Assembly (NCBI GenBank): GCA_043767805.1
Contig: JAYUGC010000067.1
Span: 1 to 14,325, forward strand
Direction: 5' to 3'
Length of the DNA stretch: 14,325 bases
Source: Pseudomonadota bacterium
Lineage (GTDB): Bacteria > Bdellovibrionota > FAC87 > UBA2466
Part shown: positions 7,946-14,325 of the stretch, in pieces
How the letters are laid out: the number at the start of each line of letters is the position of its first letter
Numbering within the stretch: the first letter of the stretch is position 1
The notes under the pieces: model-generated
Database searches by the model: none
Told to the model about the DNA's origin: nothing
Seen by the model: the letters and a program-made list of their open reading frames with translations, nothing else
Program-made: the position numbers and the translations under genes

Positions 7946-9012
7946 GGCTTGCGGAAAATCGGATCGTAGAGATACTCGGCGAAAAGCTTGGCCGCGCTTT
8001 CAGTGAAATGCACTCCGGTCTCGATGAAGAACTGACTGGGATCTCCGGGATGCTTTTGAAAAAAACCGTCCGCGGGAATGACGAGGGCTCCCCACTCCGC
8101 CGCGTATTTCGTACCCGCTCGGGAGTAAGCCGTTAAGAGGCGGTTCTTCGCTTCATCGCCCCCGTACGTCTCTTCGATGAAAACCGCCTTCACGCCGTTC
8201 GCTTTCAAATAATCCAAAGTCGTGTGCAACGTTTCCAGATAGTTGGTCAAAGATTCCGGAGAAGGTTCCTTCGGCCATTCCCAATGAGACTGCTTCATCC
8301 AAAACGACTGCCGCAAACTCTGCAAAGGGTTAGCGACGTAATTGCGCAGGCCCTTGTACAAGATCGAATGGCGCACGAACCAGTTGTCCTGGTCGAGCGA
8401 ATGCGCGAACTCGCCGTAGCGATTTTCCGCCACGCTCTTTTTTAGAGAACGTCCTTCCGCTTCCAGCAGCTCCTCATTGGAGAACTCGTTCACGCCAGAA
8501 TAGAGAAGCACGTAATCGGGCTTCAGCCGAGGTACATCTCGGCGAATCTTCACCGCGATTTGCCCGAGAGACCAAAGAATCACGCCTCCGTTAAGAACCT
8601 GATCCTTCTCTCCCCCCGGCCGTCTTTCCCGCAGCAACTTTTGTAGCTGCAGAGGCCAAGCTTCGTCGTTCAATAGGTTGTAACAAAAAGTCGTCGAGCC
8701 GCCGTAAGTGATGAGGCGAAGGGAATGGGGAGGCTTGGGCTCGAATACGTTCTCACGATTACGAAAGCCGAAATCGTTTAGGACCGCATTCGAGTTGTAG
8801 GAATTTTCTTTGTGGGCCGCGCGTAACTCTTTGTCGTAGCGCCAAATCCCGTACGACTTACCTGGCGCGCCGTAGCGGAGGCAGTAGTAAGCTCTGAGAC
8901 CGCCCTCGGCCAATAAGGCGAGCCACAACGGACACGTCACCAGCAGCGCACGAAACCAAAGGCGTTTGCCCAGTCGCTCTAAACGAGTTTCAGGACTTGC
9001 GTCTTTGACCAC
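7942..9012 (-). CDS. Membrane-anchored SGNH/GDSL hydrolase family protein
   Basis: N-terminal TM helix ending in LLAEGGLR, N..GFR, block I YGGSTT, block II VLNGG, block III YSGVNE, block V TGVHFT. Confidence 0.85.
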   Translation of the reverse strand: MVKDASPETRLERLGKRLWFRALLVTCPLWLALLAEGGLRAYYCLRYGAPGKSYGIWRYDKELRAAHKENSYNSNAVLNDFGFRNRENVFEPKPPHSLRLITYGGSTTFCYNLLNDEAWPLQLQKLLRERRPGGEKDQVLNGGVILWSLGQIAVKIRRDVPRLKPDYVLLYSGVNEFSNEELLEAEGRSLKKSVAENRYGEFAHSLDQDNWFVRHSILYKGLRNYVANPLQSLRQSFWMKQSHWEWPKEPSPESLTNYLETLHTTLDYLKANGVKAVFIEETYGGDEAKNRLLTAYSRAGTKYAAEWGALVIPADGFFQKHPGDPSQFFIETGVHFTESAAKLFAEYLYDPIFRKP

Positions 9013-9083
9013 GGTGAATGCTTTAGCCGGACTTGTGCCTCGCCATTAATGGCCCAAGGGCAATCAAAGTTATCTAGATCGAA

Positions 9084-9284
9084 TCACGATCCAGGAGGCG
9101 GTTCGGCAGGAGCGGGAGCCGGAGCAGCGGCATCCATACCCGGGGCAGGAGCCACGGGAACCTGTTCGCCGGCCGGAGCGGTAACCGCAGCCGGTTCCGT
9201 CGGGGCCGCTTCGTCTTTTTTCGTGCAGGCGGAGAAGGCAACAGCCATCAATCCCACAATCGCCACAGTCATAAGCCGCTTCAT
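9084..9284 (-). CDS. Small Pro/Ala-rich lipoprotein
   Basis: AGGAG RBS upstream of ATG. MKR + hydrophobic stretch + lipobox FSA-C; the mature part is a PA-rich disordered tail. Confidence 0.8.
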   Translation of the reverse strand: MKRLMTVAIVGLMAVAFSACTKKDEAAPTEPAAVTAPAGEQVPVAPAPGMDAAAPAPAPAEPPPGS

Positions 9285-9388
9285 TGCAACTCTCCTGAAA
9301 AGGGACCTAAGAAATAGGTCGGGGTTAATAAGACATAAGAATGTACCCGCCAGTTCTCGATCTTTTCAATGGTTTTTCTCGGGGTGTG

Positions 9389-10369
9389 TCAGGCCTTTAA
9401 GCCCTCAAAAACCTTCCGGAACCGTTTCATGACGGTCTCCACCGGTTCCACGGTCTCGATACCCGCGACGCTCCGGCCGGCCTGCCAGTAATCCTTGGTC
9501 GAAAAGCCTCGGTGAACCGACCGTTTCATGCTCCAAAGGGCCTTTACATTGTAGTAAAGGCGCATCCATTCCTTGGTTTTACGGTGCTTGAGGAAGAACC
9601 GGGCCAGCGGACCGGCTTTAGTTCCGACTTTGTCCACATAAGGGGTCCGGATGACCGCAAGCGGAATGCCGGTGACCCGCTCGGTGTGGACGATATCCTT
9701 TTCTTCGGCATGGACGATGGCGTCTTTATAATCCTGGTGGGAGAGGCATTCGGCGGTCGCGATGAAGCGAGTTCCCATCTGAACGCCGGTGTAACCGAGT
9801 TTCAGCATGGCTCCGAACGTCTTCTCATCGCCCACTCCTCCCGCGCAAATGAGCGGAAGGCCTAAGTCGGAAACTTCCTTATAAAGCGCTTCGGGAGAGA
9901 GTCTCCCCGCGTGGCCACCCGCCCGGGTATTCACGCAAATGAGACCGTCGACTCCGCCCTCTTTGGCTTTGATCGCCCATTTGCGCTCGGTGACATCGTG
10001 AAAAACCACGCCTCCCGCCGCGTGCACGCGCTCGGCGGTTTCCTTGGGGTTGCCGAGAGCCGAGACGAAAAAGCGGCACTCTTCTTCAAGGGCGATGTCG
10101 ATCCACTTGCGCATGCGGGCTTCGTAGACGCGGGAGGTTTTTTCGAGAAGGACGTTCATGCCCCACGGCTTATTGGTGATGCCGCGGATTTTCTTGATCC
10201 CTTCCCGGAAGTCGTGGCCCCAGACATAAACGAGAGAGAGCGGCTGTACGATGCCGATGCCACCCGACGCGGAGACCGCGGCGACCAACTCGGGATTGCT
10301 GCAAGGGTACATGGCGCCGCAGATGACCGGCACCTGCAGGCCGATTTTATCGACGAGAAAATTACTCAA
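9389..10369 (-). CDS. Nitronate monooxygenase / FabK-like FMN-dependent oxidoreductase
   Basis: PVICGAM..SNPELVAAVS..GGIG, AGGHAG, PLICAGGVG, GVQMGTRFIAT.E and QAG.SV motifs. Likely TTG start at 10369 overlapping the upstream TGA (TTGA); the track's extension to 10507 lies inside the neighbouring gene. Confidence 0.9.
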   Translation of the reverse strand: MSNFLVDKIGLQVPVICGAMYPCSNPELVAAVSASGGIGIVQPLSLVYVWGHDFREGIKKIRGITNKPWGMNVLLEKTSRVYEARMRKWIDIALEEECRFFVSALGNPKETAERVHAAGGVVFHDVTERKWAIKAKEGGVDGLICVNTRAGGHAGRLSPEALYKEVSDLGLPLICAGGVGDEKTFGAMLKLGYTGVQMGTRFIATAECLSHQDYKDAIVHAEEKDIVHTERVTGIPLAVIRTPYVDKVGTKAGPLARFFLKHRKTKEWMRLYYNVKALWSMKRSVHRGFSTKDYWQAGRSVAGIETVEPVETVMKRFRKVFEGLKA

Positions 10370-10833
10370 AACTTCGCGCTCCTCGGTTTGCGATCCAGCG
10401 TCCAGTGGGCTTTGGCGCGGCAAACCACCTCGCCCGAAGCGTCTTTCACTTCGACGGGGACCTGAAACTCCAACCGCTTTTCGATCTTCGGAATCTCCAA
10501 GTGGCATTCCGAAGTGAGGGTTCCCCGCGCTTTTTTCACGAACTCGATCTCGAACTTGGTGACGATGCCGCGCTCCTCGTCGGAAAGGCCAGAGACGAGC
10601 GCCAGGCCGGAGCTAAGCTCCGCGAGATTCATGAGCGCGACGGCATGGACGCTCTTTAAGTGATTGCGCACGCCTTTGCGATCGGTGAGAGAAATCTTCG
10701 CGTGGCCGGGAGAGAGCTCCAGGACGGTGGCGCCGATGCTGCCGCTATAAGGCGCGAACCGGCCGACGAGACGGCTGAAGATGTGCCTTCCCCCGGGAAG
10801 AGGCGAAAGCCGCTGCCACCATTGCAAGATCAT
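10366..10833 (-). CDS. PaaI-like hotdog-fold thioesterase (DUF4442-type)
   Basis: APYSGSIG, RNHLKSVHAVALMNLAE, IEFVKKARGTL and V.D..G..V. The start overlaps the upstream stop (ATGA). Confidence 0.85.
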   Translation of the reverse strand: MILQWWQRLSPLPGGRHIFSRLVGRFAPYSGSIGATVLELSPGHAKISLTDRKGVRNHLKSVHAVALMNLAELSSGLALVSGLSDEERGIVTKFEIEFVKKARGTLTSECHLEIPKIEKRLEFQVPVEVKDASGEVVCRAKAHWTLDRKPRSAKF

Positions 10834-11657
10834 CGTTTGGCTCCTTGTCGGTACTCCAGGAATAAAGGATCCCGGTGCCGCTGAGGAACCGGATACCCCG
10901 AATACCCCGTTGCTTCAATCGCCAAAGCCAGCTCGCTGGCTTCCTCGTCGAAAAACCGCTTCAACGCCTTTAAGTCTTCCTGCACCTCGGCGCTTCGGGC
11001 CCGCGCGGCGCCGCTATCCAAGAGGCGCAAAGTCAGCGCTTCCAGGGCTTCGCGAGATTGGCCGCGAAAGAACTGCTCCCATAAAAAGGAAGCCTGGCCG
11101 GGCAGGCGGCGAAAACCAAAGAGGTAAGAGTGCGCCTGCTTCGGGCTGATGGAAAGGCACTGGGATTTGGAGAGCGGATTGGCCACGAACTTAAATAGAC
11201 GCATCAGGGAAAAGAAAGCTTCGCGGGCGATGTAGCGCGAACGAAACGCGCCGTGGAATTTAAATGGGAGAAACCCTTCGGGCGTCGTCGTCAGACAGAA
11301 AAAGAGATCGGCCTCCCGCTCGAAGAGGCCCACGAAGGGATAAAGAAACGGAAAAGCCCCGGCGATGTTCTTCGACGGGCTCAAGGATTGAATGAGGCGG
11401 ATCTCTTTGAGCGCGGCCTCGAGCTCGCTTTCGCAAACCTCGAACTCGATGCGAACCGCGGCCTCGACGATACTACGCGGCTTTTTCGTTTTCTTGATCC
11501 GCCGCGCGGTACGGTACTGGGAAAGCCGGCGGCGCAGATCCTTCGCCTTACCGACGTAGAGGAGCTTACCCGCCTCGTCGTAAAAACGGTAAACCCCGGG
11601 CGAGCGAGGGACCCCGGCCAGAAACTCCGCTCCGAATTTCCGATCGAACCGTTTCAA
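10830..11657 (-). CDS. Stand-alone GIY-YIG nuclease (UvrC N-terminal/Cho-like)
   Basis: P.SPGVYRFYD..G.LLYVGKAKDLRRRL.QY ... SELEAALKE..LI....P..N. Only 275 aa, with no UvrC C-terminal nuclease or HhH region. Confidence 0.85.
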   Translation of the reverse strand: MKRFDRKFGAEFLAGVPRSPGVYRFYDEAGKLLYVGKAKDLRRRLSQYRTARRIKKTKKPRSIVEAAVRIEFEVCESELEAALKEIRLIQSLSPSKNIAGAFPFLYPFVGLFEREADLFFCLTTTPEGFLPFKFHGAFRSRYIAREAFFSLMRLFKFVANPLSKSQCLSISPKQAHSYLFGFRRLPGQASFLWEQFFRGQSREALEALTLRLLDSGAARARSAEVQEDLKALKRFFDEEASELALAIEATGYSGYPVPQRHRDPLFLEYRQGAKR

Positions 11658-11685
11658 TCAATAAATTTTCTAGAAGAGGTAGAGT

Positions 11686-11928
11686 TTACCCCGTCTTGGC
11701 CTTAAGCGCCGTGTCGTTGGCTTTGATGAAGTTCCGGATCTCTTCGGCCATATCCAGAAGACGTCCCCATTGTTCTTTATAGAGAGTAACCGGAAAGCGG
11801 CCCAAGCCGTAAACGGACAAGGCGCCCTTCTCGCTCACCTTAAGGCTGAGGCCTTTGGCGCTGGTTTTTTTCAAGGCCTGGTTCTCGGCCCGGAGACGTT
11901 CCAATTCTGCCTGCATGTCTTCGCTCAT
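11686..11928 (-). CDS. Small hypothetical protein (coiled-coil N-terminus, possible PC4-like domain)
   Basis: ATG 11928 preceded by a GGGGG RBS. ELERLRAENQALK coiled coil, then LKVSEKGALSVYGLGRFPVTLYKEQW. Confidence 0.8.
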   Translation of the reverse strand: MSEDMQAELERLRAENQALKKTSAKGLSLKVSEKGALSVYGLGRFPVTLYKEQWGRLLDMAEEIRNFIKANDTALKAKTG

Positions 11929-11950
11929 TATGACCCCCAAACTGCGTGTC

Positions 11951-11978
11951 AGTATATCCGTCGAAAAGTTCCAATCAA
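11951..11978 (-). promoter_or_regulatory. Putative sigma70 promoter for the 11928-9389 cluster
   Basis: Minus strand TTGATT-16 nt-TATACT, 22 nt upstream of ATG 11928, immediately after the fur stop. Confidence 0.55.
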
Positions 11979-11979
11979 G

Positions 11980-12519
11980 TCACTTTCCCAAAGTCCGTTT
12001 CAATCGATCGCAGCGCGCAAAGAGAACATGGCGGTGCCGGACCTGGGTGAACTCCAAGGTCTCGGCGACTTTTTGCTGCTGCGCTTCGATCTTGGAATCG
12101 TGAAACTCGAAAATTTCCCCGCAGTCGAGGCACACGATGTGATCGTGGTGCTCTTCGTCGTAGGGCTCATAGACCACCGTGCCGCTCGCATCGGTAAGGG
12201 TCTCTCGTAAAATCTGCGCGTCCGACAACACCTTGATGTTGCGGTAAACGGTTGCGGCGCCGATGCCGGGGTTGGCTTTCATGACGTCGCGGACGATGTC
12301 CTGGGCACTGAAGTGGCCCGTGGAGGTAAGGATCTGCTTTGCGATCTTCCAGCGCTGATCGCTGTACTTGAGGCTCGCCTTCTCAAGGTAAGCCCTCAGC
12401 TGATCGTGCCAGCGATCGAGCTTGCGCTCGCCGCCAGTGCGCATCGAAACCGGAACCGGGCGGCCACAAGGCAATGCCTTGGGCGTCGTTCCCGTCGTCG
12501 TTTTCTTGGTGCTGACCAC
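11980..12519 (-). CDS. fur: Fur-family transcriptional regulator
   Basis: S.QR..I, HFSAQDI, IGAATVYRNIKVL, HHDHIVCLDCGEIFEF and H.LFARC. Start uncertain: GTG 12519 chosen; the ORF is open to 12558 and there is an internal ATG. Metal specificity (Fur/Zur/PerR) cannot be fixed from sequence. Confidence 0.9.
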   Translation of the reverse strand: MVSTKKTTTGTTPKALPCGRPVPVSMRTGGERKLDRWHDQLRAYLEKASLKYSDQRWKIAKQILTSTGHFSAQDIVRDVMKANPGIGAATVYRNIKVLSDAQILRETLTDASGTVVYEPYDEEHHDHIVCLDCGEIFEFHDSKIEAQQQKVAETLEFTQVRHRHVLFARCDRLKRTLGK

Positions 12520-12527
12520 GGCGCCAC

Positions 12528-12546
12528 GATAATGAGGGTCATCGCC
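12528..12546. promoter_or_regulatory. Fur-box-like site upstream of fur
   Basis: GATAATGAGGGTCATCGCC matches 13/19 of GATAATGATAATCATTATC, with the first 8 nt (GATAATGA) perfect, 8 nt from the proposed start. Confidence 0.35.
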
Positions 12547-12742
12547 GAATTCAACCACGCTATAACCCAGAGCATGTTCTTACCTCTGGCACGGTGCTCG
12601 TTCGCGTGGGCAAGGGAACCAAGATGACTATACGTATTTCGCGGATCTGGGTGGAGATTTCGGAGACTCGGTGAACGAGAAGGCTTGGAAGCACGCGCCG
12701 GTGAAGTATTTCGAGGCGGTGCGGGCGGCGGCTAGGTAAGCA

Positions 12743-13135
12743 CTATTTGGTTTTTTCGCAAATCCAGCTCGTCCAGAGGCGGGCGCCGTCTTTGCAATTT
12801 CTTAGATTCACGTCGTCAAAAAATTTCCAGTACGTCTGGCGCTTCGTTCCCCGTGCTTTCAGATCGCCCGTATCCAAATATCCCGACGAGCTGCTGCGCA
12901 CTTTTGCGCCGACATAAGCCGTGAGGCGCTCATCCTTCGCGCATTTGTGTCCGGCTACGGACACCCCCGATAGACCCACCGCGTAATTCCATCGCTCCGA
13001 TTGCTGCTTGCGATAGACTTGCACCTTACCGATACCCACGCCGTCATAATTCTTATCAAAAGTAAACGTACACACCTTCTGCCAACCGAAGGCTGGAAGC
13101 GCTGCGACAAATACGACAATAGCTAGTTTCTTCAT
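12743..13135 (-). CDS. Secreted hypothetical protein with 4 Cys
   Basis: Signal peptide MKKLAIVVFVAALPAFG, purine-rich RBS, and a basic beta-rich mature domain with four cysteines. Confidence 0.7.
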   Translation of the reverse strand: MKKLAIVVFVAALPAFGWQKVCTFTFDKNYDGVGIGKVQVYRKQQSERWNYAVGLSGVSVAGHKCAKDERLTAYVGAKVRSSSSGYLDTGDLKARGTKRQTYWKFFDDVNLRNCKDGARLWTSWICEKTK

Positions 13136-13166
13136 AGGCTTCTCTTATAGACGATACAGAGGCAGT

Positions 13167-13237
13167 CGTCGCGACACTATCCGAGTTGTCGCGACGGGTC
13201 AAGAAAGGGACGCAGGATGACACGAGACGACTTGTCA
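13167..13237. promoter_or_regulatory. Tandem dyad sites GACA-N10-TGTC in a divergent promoter region
   Basis: CGTCGCGACA-N10-TGTCGCGACG (13167-13196) and TGACA-N10-TGTCA (13218-13237). Confidence 0.5.
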
Positions 13238-13316
13238 GAGCCACCACCGGCCGCCAAAGTCCGATCCCAGGGGTTACACTGTGCATAACAAACTGTTTCA
13301 GGGGGTTACCGTAGGT

Positions 13317-14153
13317 ATGAGAGCGCTAGTCGGCATAGCAATGTTCTCGGCACTGACGGCGTGGGCGGCACCACGTACGTTGTCCTTAAACGCACCGACC
13401 ACGATTGACGGGATCACGACGTATCTCGAAGAAGTAAACACGCCTTCTTCCGTTGCTCGCACCATGGAAAGTTCCTCTTGGGACCTTCCTATCGGCAACG
13501 ACATTCTCGATCCGATTCCGAAGCCCGATGACTTTAACCTGCCTCTTCCTATTCCCGGTCCTATCGGCGGCAACGAGACTCTCGTGCTGCTCGAGCAGAT
13601 CGTGAACTTGGGCGAGCGCATCTGGAAGTTCATTTCGGACAACAAGCCCGTTATCAACATCAAGCGCAATTACGCTAACGCTCTTCCCAAAGGCGTGCGT
13701 AGCTCGGAAGACTTGGATGGCTGGTCTGCCCTCCAGTACCGCAGCTACCGCATCTACGGAAAGAATCCGTTCGGCGGCATCTGTTACGACTCGACCTATA
13801 CGCTCATTCATCGCTTCCAGGGTAATTACGACGGCAAAGGCCAGTACCTCGAAAACGCGACGATCCTTCCGCAAAAAGTGGAAGCCCTCTGGGGTTACAC
13901 TGTGGAAGTCGGCGTGGATAACGTCGGTGCGGTCAATGTCGGCACGAAGGCCGATCCCGTGGGAAGCTTAATCATGGAGATGTCCTTCAAGGTCGGAACC
14001 GTGGTCAAGGCCCAGGAGTTCCGCTCCGTGTACGAGTTCCGCGGCGATCGCTCGGGCGTTTCGACGATCCGGGAAGAGGGTCCGCCCACTCCGCACGGAC
14101 CGATCCGAGTCCCGGCTCCGGCACCCGCGCCGAATCCGGCTCCGAAGCCGTAG
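13317..14153 (+). CDS. Secreted hypothetical protein with Pro-rich linker and tail
   Basis: ATG 13317 gives the signal peptide MRALVGIAMFSALTAWA; the ORF is open from 13281. Strong C/G-ending codon bias; followed by a terminator. Confidence 0.8.
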   Translation: MRALVGIAMFSALTAWAAPRTLSLNAPTTIDGITTYLEEVNTPSSVARTMESSSWDLPIGNDILDPIPKPDDFNLPLPIPGPIGGNETLVLLEQIVNLGERIWKFISDNKPVINIKRNYANALPKGVRSSEDLDGWSALQYRSYRIYGKNPFGGICYDSTYTLIHRFQGNYDGKGQYLENATILPQKVEALWGYTVEVGVDNVGAVNVGTKADPVGSLIMEMSFKVGTVVKAQEFRSVYEFRGDRSGVSTIREEGPPTPHGPIRVPAPAPAPNPAPKP

Positions 14154-14173
14154 GTCGGTATCCAGTTCTACTT

Positions 14174-14205
14174 AAGGGGAATGGGGAAACCCATTCCCCT
14201 TTTTT
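14174..14205 (+). terminator. Rho-independent terminator
   Basis: AAGGGGAATGGG-GAAA-CCCATTCCCCTT perfect 12-bp stem with a GNRA loop, running into a T tract, 20 nt after the stop at 14153. Confidence 0.9.
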
Positions 14206-14227
14206 ATTTTCCGGCGAATATCGCCGA

Positions 14228-14325
14228 ATTGGGTAGGAGGGGGGCTCACGCCCCCCGTCCTCCCACACCACCGTACGTACGGTTCCGTATACGGCGGTTC
14301 ATGTCCGAATTAAGTTTGAGCTGCT
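14228..14325 (-). mobile_element. 3' end of a group IIC intron (domains V and VI); the rest lies beyond the right edge
   Basis: Minus strand reads GAACCGCCGTATACGGAACCGTACGTACGGTGGT. Domain V is 14267-14298 with the CGC triad and GAAC loop. Domain VI follows as GT-GGGAGGAC-GGGGGGC-GTGA-GCCCCCC-TCCT-A-CCC-AAT, with the bulged branch A at 14234 and terminal AY at 14228. Confidence 0.93.

Noticed and set aside
10370..10507. N-terminal extension of the nitronate monooxygenase ORF in the track
   Set aside because: It overlaps the thioesterase gene out of frame; family-like sequence begins at TTG 10369.
10830..11657. Calling this gene uvrC
   Set aside because: Too short, and it lacks the C-terminal RNase H-like nuclease and HhH domains.
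12587..12601. Sigma54-like TGGCACG site
   Set aside because: The -12 element reads GT instead of GC and no intact gene follows on that strand.
13270..13904. 14-nt exact repeat GGGGTTACACTGTG at 13270 and 13891
   Set aside because: One such match is plausible by chance in 14 kb, and the second copy is coding (WGYTV).
633..14271. Numerous antisense or alternate-frame ORFs in the track (e.g. 1444-2196, 6884-7426, 9911-10465, 14005-14271)
   Set aside because: They shadow well-supported genes in GC-rich DNA and show no recognisable motifs.

Overview
GC-rich bacterial chromosomal window. The gene content (HrpB, Fur, several secreted orphan proteins, a DUF222-like HNH protein) resembles Bdellovibrionota/Myxococcota-type organisms; this is an inference. 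Left to right: a structured ~185-nt non-coding segment (85-270) containing the hammerhead ribozyme core words CUGAUGA and GAAA and ending in its own terminator; a direct-repeat pair; an HNH endonuclease gene; a Ddl-like ATP-grasp ligase; a membrane-anchored low-complexity protein; hrpB; and a secreted CHAD-like protein. The minus strand then carries an SGNH hydrolase, a small lipoprotein, a coupled cluster (small PC4-like protein, GIY-YIG nuclease, hotdog thioesterase, nitronate monooxygenase) and a Fur-family regulator. Two divergent secreted orphan genes share a tandem dyad site. At the right edge are an intrinsic terminator and the 3' end (domains V and VI) of a group IIC intron on the minus strand. 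The best candidate for something undescribed is the ncRNA + repeat pair + HNH nuclease unit at 85-1304. All calls come from reading motifs by eye; no searches were run.
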